From a virus (taxonomy: Duplodnaviria > Caudoviricetes), in IMG/VR virus record IMGVR_UViG_3300020401_000065, positions 1 through 29,714 of that record: a stretch of DNA of 29,714 nucleotides, one strand, 5' to 3'. Each line of letters starts with the position of its first letter. Position 1 is the first letter of the stretch. The notes below the pieces were generated by a model. The model was not told the origin of the DNA and did not search any database. It saw only the letters and a list, made by a program, of their open reading frames with translations. Positions 7,267 to 19,000 of the stretch are shown one piece after another. The translations under genes and the position numbers were made by a program.

Positions 7267-10200
7267 GCTAATGCGATTACTCTTAAATCTTTAAATACAG
7301 GAGCTTCTGCCTCATTTGTTCCACTTATATCAATCTTAATTTGGAATCCAGTAAACTCTGCAAGATCATCAACACTAAATTGATACTCAACAAACTCACC
7401 ATCAACACTAGCAGGTGTTAAGGCATCTGGTCTTCCACTATTTTTAGATGCATCCACAACTAAATCACCAAATCCATCACCATCAGTATCAGTAAGATTA
7501 TCAAAACCGGGGAATAAATTAAATGTTTTTTCAACACCCTCAGAATCTTGTCTGAATAATTTGTACAGAACACGGAAATCAGCAGAGTCTCTACGATCAG
7601 AACTCACTAATACTTTTAGAGATGTTGCTGGTTGTTTAATATTAACTCTATTTGATATATAAACTGCAGCATGAGGATCATTTTTTAATTTGACTCTATC
7701 ATCTAAAACATAATTATCTACAGGTTTGTTCAATCTATTTCTGACATAGATTACAGTTCCATTCATTGTATCAACAGCAGGTGATAAGTTTTCATCCTCA
7801 GTTGTGAATCTCATTGATAAAGTGCTTGATCTACTCTTAGGTAAATCTGTTAATCTACCAATTTCGTTTTGAGATGAACATATCAATCTAGTTGATGTTA
7901 ATGGATTTATTTTATTTAATTCAATATCCTCAAATCCTTGATCAAGGAAAGAAACCTCATTACCACCAGCACTAGTACCACTTACAGATCTTAATTGTGT
8001 ACTAAGTTTTGTTTGTCCGGGTTGAAGTGTATTAAATACGGGATAGATTGAATTAAATTGAATATTTTTAGATGCATGAATGTTTGAACCACCACCAGAT
8101 CTCTCTTCAGTGAAACTAGCTTGATTATCACCAGATGATCTATCTTGTAAATTTGGTCTTCCTGCACCCCTTGGTATTTCGAGATAGTAATTATCAATAT
8201 CTTTTTTAGACTGAAGTAAGTCTGTATTTGGCATATTATGCGATGTATTAATACCTGTTAGAGAAAGTCCATTAAATTCATATTTACGCATTAGACTATT
8301 AACTGCATGAGTTGTTATTAATGATCCATCTACACCTCTTTGACCTATTCCAAGTCCTGTATTAGTTATTGAATCATAGTAAATGATTTCACTATTCAAT
8401 TTAACATAACCAGTTGATGTTGTTATTCCTTCAAATGTAGCAAATTCTGATGTATTTGCAGCACCAACAACTATGGAAGAATCTTGTAGACCAACAAATG
8501 CCTCAATTTTAATTGGTTGTGTAGTAGGTTCTACATTCGATAATTCCACAATGTTATTATCAGCAGTCATTCCATGATTGTAATGAGTGACTTCAAGAAC
8601 GTTTCCTGAATGTAAATCATCTAATTGTGATGAACTTGTAATATCAGTGTTTGCATAAGATATTGGATTACCAGAATTATTGTATATGACCAAATCACCA
8701 TTAGAGAAGTTTTGACCTTGTACATTAGTAAGATATAAAGTATCAGTTCCTGTAACTGTGTTAACAGTAATCTGTGCACCACCACCTCTCACCATGTTTG
8801 CTGTAGTTAAACCAACCACATCTCCGGGTGCGTATCCATTTCCTCTAGTTTGGATACTTATAGAGTTGACTACACCACCTGATATCTGTACCTGTGCTGT
8901 TGCTCCTGATCCATTACCAGTTATAGCAAATAGTGGAACTTGAGAAAAGTTTCCATTTGAATATCCTACACCAACATTTGTTATGCCAGAAGCACCTAGT
9001 GTGTTTATTGGGCCACCTATTGACTCAATAAATCCAAAAGGATCTGTAGCAGTTGTACCATCACTAACCTTTCTACCACTAGTCAATGATTCAGCAGCAG
9101 GAATAGATGCAGTGATATTATTAATACCAACTTTTAACTTACGTGGAAGTGCTTTTATACCGTTTGCCGATAAATTAGGTACTTGATCACTTTCATAATC
9201 TACAAGAGGATTATAGAAGAATGCTGATGCATCTGTTGTTGTAAACTTTGCTTTGTATAATTTAATTTTCATATCTTCAAACTGACTTGGTGTCCAGATT
9301 GAACCATTCTGTGATTTAAATAAACTACCACCAATATACTGTTGAGATATCACAACACTTTCTGAATCAGGTAGTGACTGAGTATCAATTGTTGCTTCAC
9401 CCATACGAGCAATCCATGCTTCATAATTATTTGTGGTTGGAGCAAGTAAAACAATACAATATTGTGTGCCACCTTCAAGGAATATTGGTGATGGGAATTT
9501 AACATTGGTTGCAGCTGATGCATCATCAGATATATTAACTTGTGATGGGTCAAGAACAACTTCTCCAAATTCCTGCACACGAATCAATGTTGGTGTTCCT
9601 AATTCCATAGTTCTAACCTGAACAGTTAGTTTTTCCTTATCATCTTTACTTCTCATGAAGATGTCAACAGAAGTTAGGAAACAACCTGTCTCATCCACAG
9701 TAAATGATTGTGCTAGAGGGTCTCCATCGTCCTCTGGCATATTATGAAATACGTTTGTAATATTAATAATTACGGGGATTGGAGGTGGTGGTAACTCTCT
9801 TATACCTATCGTTGTTTGTGAAAATGTATCCACAATACCACTTGTACTATATACTGCCTGAACACTACTTACTGCTGCTGTTCCGGGGAATGCAGTTGCA
9901 TTTGTTTCACTGGAAGTAAGTTTAAATGACTTATCTCCATTTGTAAAACGTAATGGTGGTAATGGTGTTGTTAATGGATCTCTAATAAAGAATGAACCTT
10001 GAAGATCACCTACTCTATCCGTAATTAATCTATCATTATCTACTCTTGCGATAGCACCACTTGTTTCACCAACAATTATACAAGGATTATTAATACGTCC
10101 AAAATATTTTCCTTGTGCTTCTTCTATTAATGAAGCAAGATCAATATTTAATATCGTTGATGATGAAGAATATGATGTTGGAATACTTACTGATGGATTA

Positions 10201-13200
10201 TATGGATTAGTTGCGTATGTTAAAGTAGGTGCAGTATATGGCCCTTCTTTATGATTTGGTTGAGCAAGTCTAAAACGACCAATTCGTGTTGGATTTAAAT
10301 CACCAGTAGTGCTAGTATTAATAAATGCTTGAACATTTTCCCCAATAGTAAACACACCAGAACGCATTATTATTTCAACCAATTTTGGAACTACATCTAT
10401 TCCACTTGTACTATCTAAGAATGGATAATATCTTGTATTTCCTTTTAATGTGGATGCACTGAATGAAACGTTTCTAGAACGCATGTGTTTTTCAGGTTCA
10501 CTACTTACAAGAACTTGTGCTGCAAAACTATCAGCAGGATCTCCAAATAATGTTCGATTACCATTATCTAATATGACATTTCTTGTCCATATATCTGAAC
10601 TAGGATTGATAGTTAAATTACCACGGAAGGAAACAACATTAAATGGGTTTACATTTTCAACTCTTGATGCTAATGGTTGATCAAGAAGTGTTACCTCTTC
10701 ATAATCTAACGTTAAAATATCACCTGTTTTTCTTATTCCTGAATCTAATAAATTTAAATTAGAGGAAAAATCTGCAGTTGTTGAATCAATAGATGGATCT
10801 AATGCTAATTCTGGTTTTAATGAATAAAAATCAGTTGGAGTAATTAAATTTTGATTTTCTAAATCAATATCAACTTTACAATCAGGGTTATTAATATCTA
10901 ATAGTGAATTATCTTTAAAATCATCTACAAAGAAACCAGTCTTAAATCTTGATAATCCATCAGCATCTTGAATTTGTAATGTTTTCGTATCCAATTCAAG
11001 TAAACTTAATGATGTGATAGTTTCTAAATTTTCAACCCTATCTTCTATCTTTCCAATATCTCTCATCGTATATCTACGATTATCCTTAACTATTATCCTT
11101 GCATCCTCTGGATTATAAAGATATGCTGGCATCTGAATAGTTGCGACTGTCATTCCTAATTCAATATCTTCTGGAGCGATTGGATTTTTTGATGACACAC
11201 CTTTTACAATTACAAATTCTCCAGCTGTATATCTGTTATTATTTGATCCTACATTTGGAGTAGATGGATCTAGAACGATCTTATCTGTTCTAGGGAGATA
11301 ATGTTTTATACCAATAATAGAACTTTCATTTGGTGAAGGAACTAATGTTGAATTAATACCACCAGATACAAAGTCTCTACTTGGGGGATCAAATGGAGAA
11401 ATAGTTGTAGATGTAAAATCAGCAACTCTGGGTCTAAAATCTAAAGTATCTGTTGCTCTTATTCCACCTTCTAAAATAGGAATATCTTTGCTAAATCTTT
11501 CTTCATCATAAGATCCAACTGTAAACACATCACCCTTATCATTTGCAGGGACTGTGTATCTATTTACAATTATTTTTAATCTTCTATTTGGAACTCTTAA
11601 GTTATCTTTTCGTACTAATCTTGAAAAATCTAAAAATCCATTTCTATGACCTTTATCAAGGTTATAACTTGATGTTATATTTAAATATGATCCTGCTGTC
11701 ACATTCTGAAGGTTCGTAATTATATTTGATTCCTCAAATGTAACTGTTTCACCAATCTGGAAAGTTTGTTGTGTTAGGTAAGCTATTTCAACTGTAGTTG
11801 CACTTGACCTATCAGTTATTTGTGCAATGGCACCACTGACAGATCCAATAATTTTTTCACCTAATATTGTGGCCGTATTTAAAGATAATCCACTTACAAA
11901 TACCAATTTATCTAGAACGGGGGCAACATTTGTTAAAGATTCATATACACCCACAACATTTACAACATCAGGAGTATTTAATGATATAACTTTATCATCT
12001 ACACGAAGTCCAAAGGAATCGTTTTGAGTCAATCCATTTACAGTAGATATACCAGATATACACTTATCAACATTTACCACATGACTTCGATCAAATGTTT
12101 TTTGTTTTGTGCTTATTGAAACTTTTTTAGCAGTTACATTTACAGTTACATTATTACTTTGACTTGGTTGAATACCTTTAATTGTTACAGTTGTTGAATT
12201 ATTTGATAATGTGAATTGATCTGCTGATATAGATTCAATAGTTCCATTTGAAAGGTGCACTGAATATCTGTCATTATCAAATGTTTCAAACAAAGCACTT
12301 GTAATACCCACTAAAGCAGAAGTATCAAATGTTAATAAACCATTAGCATCAGTGGATTGACCTGTGATTTGTGCTTTGATTGTAATTTCAGAATTTGTTA
12401 AATCAACATCAGATACATTTTTTTCTTGCAATTGGGCAAATAATCCAGTGTCTTCATTTTTAGCTGCAGGTATGCCAAGTTTAACACCAGTTGGAGATGC
12501 ACTAGTTCCCAAAACTGCTCCAACACAAACTCCAGATATAGTATTACCACCAGCAGTTGCTTCTAATGTAACTTCTTTTAAATCAGCAGATATTGCACTC
12601 ACACGATTAAATCTAGGTTCAGCATCTGTTCCTAGATTAAAAATAAGAACATCACCAACTCTTAATGACCCAAATGTTTTACCTGCACATTTCAATTTAT
12701 TACCAGAAGCGATTTGTATTTCATCTCCAGGCCCTAATTCTCTTATTGGTGATGGTATTAAAACTGTATCCCCACTAAAATCACTCTGTAAACCTAATGC
12801 TGATGAATCTTGATATACAGATTTAACATCTCTGAGTGATTTTTCACTAACGGCTGATATGGTTCTTGTAACACCACCAATATTATCATTAATTCTTATT
12901 TCTTCACCAACAATAAATGTTCCTGATCTGTCTCTTAGAGTAATAATTGCAGCACCACCACCAGCACTTTTAGCAAATCCTGTCGCACCACTTGATAGAC
13001 CCTCTACGAAAGCTCCATCAGGTAATTGAGCATTTGATAATGCTTGATTAACATTTAAAACAGTATAAAGTTGTATGTCAAATAGATATAAATCAAATAT
13101 AGTTGCAGCATCTCCACCTGATTTATCATGATTTTCAAATGCATATACTTTTGCATCACCTATCTGATCTCCTGTACCAGAAGTTATATTATTTGTAGCT

Positions 13201-14474
13201 CCTTTCCTTACATCATGTAGTGCAATGGTATTTGATCTATCTAAACCAATCGCTGGTGTTCCTGCAACACGGTGAATCTGAATTAGATTACCATTTCTAA
13301 ATGGTACTGAACTATTTTGAACTTCTTTCTTGTCTCTAGGTTTATCTAAATCCAATATTGTTGTTGTTGCCCTTTCAATATCATATCCTCTAACATATGC
13401 TTTTCCGGGTGATACTTTAAGTGCTAATAAGTCATCTGAGGGTGTTTTACCTTGATCAGTTGTCTCATTAGATGTAAATATTCCTTCGTTAGATAAACCA
13501 TCATTTAAAGATTCAAATGCTTCTAATTTGAAATTTTTTAAAGAATAATTTCCAGACTCTTCAAAAGTTCTTTTTGCAAAGTAATCTTTTATTAAAGAAT
13601 ATTGAGTTTCATTTTGTAATTTTTTTAGTTCACCATCATCAAGACGAATTAATTCAATAAAGTTTTTATCATTAAAATCTGTTAATCCTTTTTTTGCTAA
13701 TTTTGTAGAAATTTTGAGTCTGTCGGCACCGGGGGCTGCAAAGTTAGAAAATCCTCGTGCATTATCATTTAATGTAGAATCCTGATTTGCGTTAATTAAA
13801 TCTTCTTGAATAAAAAGACCTACCCTGTATGACGGATTATTGGTATATGGATCTAAAACAATTTTATCTGCGGATACATTTACGAAATGTCCACGGATGA
13901 AGAAAACTCCATCTGCAATTGCAGCTTTACAACCTATAGCTGTCGCATCATTTTCAATTAGATTAGCAACTGAATCTCCTGCTAAAACTGGAGTATTTCC
14001 ATAAACAAATGGTTCATCAACTAATAAATTTTCACCATCTTCTAAGAAAGAGATAGTATTATCATTTCCAGAATCCAAATACTTTATAAAAAATGTTAAA
14101 TCTGTTATACCTGTTGATTCATTTTGAAGAGCATAATCATCAACAAAGACTTTAATGCCACTATTTTGTCCTGTTAAGATTTTTCCTTTTAAACTATCAA
14201 CATATACAGAAACATCTATTCCTAGATGATCAGATTCAATTTTAACTGAAAAATATTGAGAATCATATGAAATATTACCGGGAATCACCATTGATCCCTC
14301 TTTAAACATATGACTACCAAAAGATTCAATCTGATCTTGTAAGATAGATTGAAGTGTAGTTAATTCTCTTGCTTGTACGGGTTTTCCCGGATTGAACAAG
14401 ACTCTATAAAAATTATTATCCTTGTTAAAATCGTCGTAATAAGGACTTATATTGAGATTCGTTTTTTGTGGCAT
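7263..14474 (-). CDS. Large virion structural protein, VrlC / DUF4815-like
   Basis: 2403 aa. PYYDDF...VQARELTTLQSILQ, APGADRLKI, RRYTMRDIGKIEDRVENLE, NVNPF, DPLAQSF and GSLFKSQNGSIWT. Follows gp8, as in cyanomyoviruses. Confidence 0.88.
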   Translation of the reverse strand: MPQKTNLNISPYYDDFNKDNNFYRVLFNPGKPVQARELTTLQSILQDQIESFGSHMFKEGSMVIPGNISYDSQYFSVKIESDHLGIDVSVYVDSLKGKILTGQNSGIKVFVDDYALQNESTGITDLTFFIKYLDSGNDNTISFLEDGENLLVDEPFVYGNTPVLAGDSVANLIENDATAIGCKAAIADGVFFIRGHFVNVSADKIVLDPYTNNPSYRVGLFIQEDLINANQDSTLNDNARGFSNFAAPGADRLKISTKLAKKGLTDFNDKNFIELIRLDDGELKKLQNETQYSLIKDYFAKRTFEESGNYSLKNFKLEAFESLNDGLSNEGIFTSNETTDQGKTPSDDLLALKVSPGKAYVRGYDIERATTTILDLDKPRDKKEVQNSSVPFRNGNLIQIHRVAGTPAIGLDRSNTIALHDVRKGATNNITSGTGDQIGDAKVYAFENHDKSGGDAATIFDLYLFDIQLYTVLNVNQALSNAQLPDGAFVEGLSSGATGFAKSAGGGAAIITLRDRSGTFIVGEEIRINDNIGGVTRTISAVSEKSLRDVKSVYQDSSALGLQSDFSGDTVLIPSPIRELGPGDEIQIASGNKLKCAGKTFGSLRVGDVLIFNLGTDAEPRFNRVSAISADLKEVTLEATAGGNTISGVCVGAVLGTSASPTGVKLGIPAAKNEDTGLFAQLQEKNVSDVDLTNSEITIKAQITGQSTDANGLLTFDTSALVGITSALFETFDNDRYSVHLSNGTIESISADQFTLSNNSTTVTIKGIQPSQSNNVTVNVTAKKVSISTKQKTFDRSHVVNVDKCISGISTVNGLTQNDSFGLRVDDKVISLNTPDVVNVVGVYESLTNVAPVLDKLVFVSGLSLNTATILGEKIIGSVSGAIAQITDRSSATTVEIAYLTQQTFQIGETVTFEESNIITNLQNVTAGSYLNITSSYNLDKGHRNGFLDFSRLVRKDNLRVPNRRLKIIVNRYTVPANDKGDVFTVGSYDEERFSKDIPILEGGIRATDTLDFRPRVADFTSTTISPFDPPSRDFVSGGINSTLVPSPNESSIIGIKHYLPRTDKIVLDPSTPNVGSNNNRYTAGEFVIVKGVSSKNPIAPEDIELGMTVATIQMPAYLYNPEDARIIVKDNRRYTMRDIGKIEDRVENLETITSLSLLELDTKTLQIQDADGLSRFKTGFFVDDFKDNSLLDINNPDCKVDIDLENQNLITPTDFYSLKPELALDPSIDSTTADFSSNLNLLDSGIRKTGDILTLDYEEVTLLDQPLASRVENVNPFNVVSFRGNLTINPSSDIWTRNVILDNGNRTLFGDPADSFAAQVLVSSEPEKHMRSRNVSFSASTLKGNTRYYPFLDSTSGIDVVPKLVEIIMRSGVFTIGENVQAFINTSTTGDLNPTRIGRFRLAQPNHKEGPYTAPTLTYATNPYNPSVSIPTSYSSSSTILNIDLASLIEEAQGKYFGRINNPCIIVGETSGAIARVDNDRLITDRVGDLQGSFFIRDPLTTPLPPLRFTNGDKSFKLTSSETNATAFPGTAAVSSVQAVYSTSGIVDTFSQTTIGIRELPPPPIPVIINITNVFHNMPEDDGDPLAQSFTVDETGCFLTSVDIFMRSKDDKEKLTVQVRTMELGTPTLIRVQEFGEVVLDPSQVNISDDASAATNVKFPSPIFLEGGTQYCIVLLAPTTNNYEAWIARMGEATIDTQSLPDSESVVISQQYIGGSLFKSQNGSIWTPSQFEDMKIKLYKAKFTTTDASAFFYNPLVDYESDQVPNLSANGIKALPRKLKVGINNITASIPAAESLTSGRKVSDGTTATDPFGFIESIGGPINTLGASGITNVGVGYSNGNFSQVPLFAITGNGSGATAQVQISGGVVNSISIQTRGNGYAPGDVVGLTTANMVRGGGAQITVNTVTGTDTLYLTNVQGQNFSNGDLVIYNNSGNPISYANTDITSSSQLDDLHSGNVLEVTHYNHGMTADNNIVELSNVEPTTQPIKIEAFVGLQDSSIVVGAANTSEFATFEGITTSTGYVKLNSEIIYYDSITNTGLGIGQRGVDGSLITTHAVNSLMRKYEFNGLSLTGINTSHNMPNTDLLQSKKDIDNYYLEIPRGAGRPNLQDRSSGDNQASFTEERSGGGSNIHASKNIQFNSIYPVFNTLQPGQTKLSTQLRSVSGTSAGGNEVSFLDQGFEDIELNKINPLTSTRLICSSQNEIGRLTDLPKSRSSTLSMRFTTEDENLSPAVDTMNGTVIYVRNRLNKPVDNYVLDDRVKLKNDPHAAVYISNRVNIKQPATSLKVLVSSDRRDSADFRVLYKLFRQDSEGVEKTFNLFPGFDNLTDTDGDGFGDLVVDASKNSGRPDALTPASVDGEFVEYQFSVDDLAEFTGFQIKIDISGTNEAEAPVFKDLRVIALA

Positions 14475-14477
14475 TTT

Positions 14478-16040
14478 TTAGAATTCCAAAATGATTTTAA
14501 TGTCTTCTTTTTGTCTAGAGTTTCTTGTGATAGTCGCCCTATTATCGATGTAAATTATATCACCTGACCCTTTATTTATTTCAGAAGTAGCAAGTCCATT
14601 TGTGAAGTTGATACCTAAATCAACATTCTTTGTTAGAACTGTTGCGATACCTGAGTTAAATGATGTGTCAATCGCTGCATTAAATGTTGGTGTGCTTACT
14701 TTTTTTGTTGCATCTGATACGAATTCAATAACTTGAGATTGAGTTCCAACACCAACATAATCAGTCTGATCTACAGCATTGCCAAAATATAAGGATCTAT
14801 CTTGAAAATATTTCAAAACTTTTGTATCATTATCATATGATGCAACATAACCAACAGCTGAGACAGAACCTTGTGATTGTGATAGTTCTTCACCTACTGT
14901 TGGTACTGACGTTGTTGTAGGTGGAAACTTAATTGCTTTTAATGATGAAAATGAATCGTTAAAAAAGGTTGATGTAGTTCCAATGGAGGTAGGATTTTTT
15001 AATAATGTTACCTGTGCAAATTTGGTGTCAATAGGAAAGTCTTTATTATCCCCACCAAATCTTGCATAACATAACACACGATCAGTTCCTAATTCTTCAT
15101 AAATATTATGTCCATGTCCTTTAGATGGAGGAATAATAGGGATTAATTTTGCTTTTGTAGCAGATGTGTTATTCAAATTTGAAAGGTCAACGATTCCGTA
15201 GGTATATCCTTTACCACCAGAGGAAACAACAGCATTTGTAATCTCACCAGCTGCATTGGTATCAATAACTACTTTTGCACCCGTACCATCACCAAATATA
15301 GGTACCTCAAGTCCCGTTACTTGTTTATAACTTTTTCCGGCATTTTCAATATAAACTTTTTTAATTTGGTTATTGTTAATATCTGAATTACCATTTTCAC
15401 GAACTGATTGTATTGCAGCATCATTGGTGGTTTCCCAATCATTTGGAACTGAAATAAATTCAGTTGAGTCAAATTTAATAATATCACTTGGAGATACAGT
15501 ATAAAGAAATTTCCAGATATAACCATCTCCACTTTCTCCAGCTCTTGATGGTTCTAAATCTGTAAATATTGGTTGATCTTGAGATGCGTTACCAGTAGTA
15601 TTGATACCTGACGAACCATTATCTATACAAATGTAAACATTAAAATTTTCATTAATAACATAGTATCTCGCATCATATAATCTAGCAGAGTCAGTGTTTG
15701 GTGATTTAAAATTTATACTATAATCATGACGATACATTTCATATTTTTGTCCCTGCGTCCAATCAACCTTTCTTATTAAACGTCTTATATTCTTTCCTGT
15801 AACTCGTTTACCGAATAATATTGTATCTCCAACATGATTATTTGTGTTAATATTATCAATTGGTGCTGGAGTTTCATCATCAAAATCACTATCCCTACCA
15901 AATCCTGCAACCTCTGCATTTGGTAATCCTAATGTAACATAAAAAGAATCTGTTGGATCAGCTCCTCCTATACCTGTAACTGTGTTTACAAAGTTACTAG
16001 CGTTTAAAATCCTAAACTGATCGGTTACTACTGCTGGCAT
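14478..16040 (-). CDS. gp8: Baseplate wedge subunit (T4 gp8-like)
   Basis: 520 aa. VTDQFRILNA, YEMYRHDY, VYICIDN, DGYIWKFLY and SGDIIYIDNR...QKEDIKIILEF. Confidence 0.92.
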   Translation of the reverse strand: MPAVVTDQFRILNASNFVNTVTGIGGADPTDSFYVTLGLPNAEVAGFGRDSDFDDETPAPIDNINTNNHVGDTILFGKRVTGKNIRRLIRKVDWTQGQKYEMYRHDYSINFKSPNTDSARLYDARYYVINENFNVYICIDNGSSGINTTGNASQDQPIFTDLEPSRAGESGDGYIWKFLYTVSPSDIIKFDSTEFISVPNDWETTNDAAIQSVRENGNSDINNNQIKKVYIENAGKSYKQVTGLEVPIFGDGTGAKVVIDTNAAGEITNAVVSSGGKGYTYGIVDLSNLNNTSATKAKLIPIIPPSKGHGHNIYEELGTDRVLCYARFGGDNKDFPIDTKFAQVTLLKNPTSIGTTSTFFNDSFSSLKAIKFPPTTTSVPTVGEELSQSQGSVSAVGYVASYDNDTKVLKYFQDRSLYFGNAVDQTDYVGVGTQSQVIEFVSDATKKVSTPTFNAAIDTSFNSGIATVLTKNVDLGINFTNGLATSEINKGSGDIIYIDNRATITRNSRQKEDIKIILEF

Positions 16041-16057
16041 TTTATTACTTTTTTCTA

Positions 16058-16065
16058 TATTTATA
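16058..16065 (-). promoter_or_regulatory. T4-type late promoter TATAAATA upstream of gp8
   Basis: + strand tatttata at 16058-16065, in the 34-nt gp7-gp8 intergenic gap, 17 nt upstream of the ATG. Confidence 0.9.
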
Positions 16066-16074
16066 CGCGAATCA

Positions 16075-19000
16075 TCATGGTAAGTCTTTACGCACTGCTC
16101 CGGTATCCCTTAAACCAAAAAGTTTTCTTTGAATCGTAGGGAAAGTCGATATTCCAACACCAGTTGATAAACCAACTGTATAACCTGTTACACCAATTGC
16201 CACAGGTTTATCTCTTCCTAATGTTGTAGAATCATTTGAAAATCTACCCCATGAGAAAGATCCCTTTGGAACATTTTGTACCACATTAATGATACCATTC
16301 ATACCATAATGAGATCCACACTGATAATAGTAGATACCTGCAGGAACACTTGATGTATTCCATGTAAGAGTACCATTTTGTTGTCCATTGTTAGTAACAC
16401 CAGTATTATAAGCACCAGTTGCACCATTTCCTAAAGCATCCTTAATATAAAGTGGATGTGCGTTCATATTGTTAGTGAATATTAATATATCACCTTTTTG
16501 AATAGTCAAAGTTGGATTTTGACCAGTTTCCGCACCATGTCTGTCAGTACCATTTAAGATATACGCAACGTTTGCATTAGCAGTAACAGCAAGATTAAAT
16601 GTAATAGCACTAGCTGATGCTAGATTTATTCCTGCAGTATTGATTCCTGAATGCACATTGGTAACTATTTCTATACTTGATCCAGATCCAATTATCTGTT
16701 TAATGATATAAACATTATCAAGGAATAAAGTTCCTATGCCAACTGTGTCATTTGAATTACCACTTTCATTAAGAGAAGTGACTCCATTACCTACAAAAGT
16801 ATCAAAAATATAAATTGGATATCCAACTTTTAAATCAGGTGTTAACGCAGCAGATCCATCTCTAGTAAGTCCAAATTTTAATCCAACAGTGGATACACCA
16901 ACTGTAAGGGTGCTTATACCAGTAATTGTGCCCTTAAATCCACTTACATCTTTTATACCAGTTAATTCTTCTGATAATGGTAGTGGTGATGGAGCAATAA
17001 CTGCAGGAGGATTAGATGATGTATAACCAAGACCAATATTATTCACAGCAACTGATGCTATCGAACCATTAGTGATGGTTGCAGTTGCTGTTGCATAAGT
17101 AGAAACACCAACCTTTGCAAATAATGTATTTGCCACGCCCACAGGTGCTGCAATGTTAACGCTTGTTGTTGATCCTACGTATCCACTACCACCATCTACG
17201 ACTGTGATAGCAGAAATTGTACCTGCAGCAGATACAGTTGCTGTCAAAGCAGCAGATACTTGATCAACGTTATTTACTATTTGGGCACCAAATGTATCAA
17301 TAACTATAGTAGACTCATTTTCTTCATAGTTGAAGAATTGTGCATCATCAACGAATATGTCTGTCCCACTAGCATTTGAAGTTGATAAGTCACCAATTAT
17401 TCTTGCAGTTGGGAAGATTAACGGTTCAATTGAATCTCTAGCCTTTGAAACAACTTTACCTCTAATTATCTTATCAATTTTTTGTTTTCTCCAGTTAACA
17501 ATAGGTCTAAATGTATTTGGATCAATTCCTCCACCTGTATATAAGTCAGTTTCAAAAGTATCTGATGTGGTAATACCAACAATTGTTCTCTCAGTTTGTG
17601 GTAGCACTCCTCCACCTCTTCCAACCTCAACTACATCACCCTCTTTCAATGTGGCATTTACATCCACAATATTTGTATCAACCCCATCAGTACCCTTATA
17701 GAAAAATACAGAAACATCATCACCATCATCTGGTGGAACTTCAAATCCAAACGTAGTGCCTCCTTCAAAATTATATGCCACACCGGGTTCTTGTAATACA
17801 CCATTAATGAATATTAAGAGCAAGTTCTCCATTTTAATTAATGAAGAGTCAATATTAGAATTGTTAATTTCAAAACTTAAAAACTCACCATTTAATTTTA
17901 TAGGGAATCTTTTTCTAACACCGTCAATAAATGGAGTAATGGGATCAATAAAATCAAACTCACCAAAGTCCCAAGATGCAAAATTATCCGTGAACACCTC
18001 AGTAACAGTTAATTCAAAGTCACTTACTTTAGTTGATAATCCTCTCTCAGTAACCAAACCAACAGGTCGTATTACATCACCTTTTTTAAATCCAAATCCA
18101 GTGCTTGCTACTTTAAATGAACTTACTTGATGTAAGGTTGAACCTATACCCGTAGTTGGAGCAGCATCAACATCAACTGTTAATTTTAAACCAAATCCTG
18201 TTGCAGTCGTTGGGCCTATACCCAATCTAGAAACACCAATAACATCTAAATTTTCATATGTAGGGGGTTCAACATCAATTTGTGGATTAACATATCCAGT
18301 GCCACCACTTACAACTGTAAAGGCCAATGTACCACCAGCACCAACGGTTGCTGTGATATTTGCACCAGTTCCACCACCTCCACCGGGATGAACATCAATT
18401 GTAATTGTATTAGTTGTTACTGCAGTGATCGCTGTCTGAATACCTGCGATTGGATCAGGTAAACCAGTTGTTTTTGAAACTGCACGAGGATATGGATGAA
18501 GTGTTGCAAAATGATCCTTAGAGCAACTAAAAACAATACCACCAGTATCAATACCAACTGTATCACTTGTAGTTAATCCGTGATTTGGAATAGTAAGAAC
18601 TAAAATACCCGTATGAGATGTATATTCTGCATTTGTTGCTGTTAATGCTTGACTACCTGCTCCAGAAAATGCTGCTTTTTTAATTGAACCAATACCAGAA
18701 CTTACAAATCTATGTTCATACGCCACATCAGTTACACCAACTGCAACAGTTCCTCTGTATCCGGAACCGAGTATATCACTTGTGCTAAGTCCAACAGATG
18801 TGATTGTACCATTAGCATTTTTCAATGCGGTTACAGCAGCACCTACAAGTGGAGCAACACCAAGACCACCAGTGGATCCTAATGATACTATCATTCCACC
18901 TCTAGGTAATTGATTTAAATTAACATCAGTTTCACTTACAATTCTTTGTCCATTTGCTGATGTTATGCCAGTAAATGTTACAGTTGTAATACCAGCTGTA

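Noticed and set aside
1932-15532. Short alternative-frame - strand ORFs (1932-2156, 5149-5346, 7991-8197, 9350-9580, 15317-15532)
   Set aside because: They overlap real genes in other frames and have no SD or motif support.
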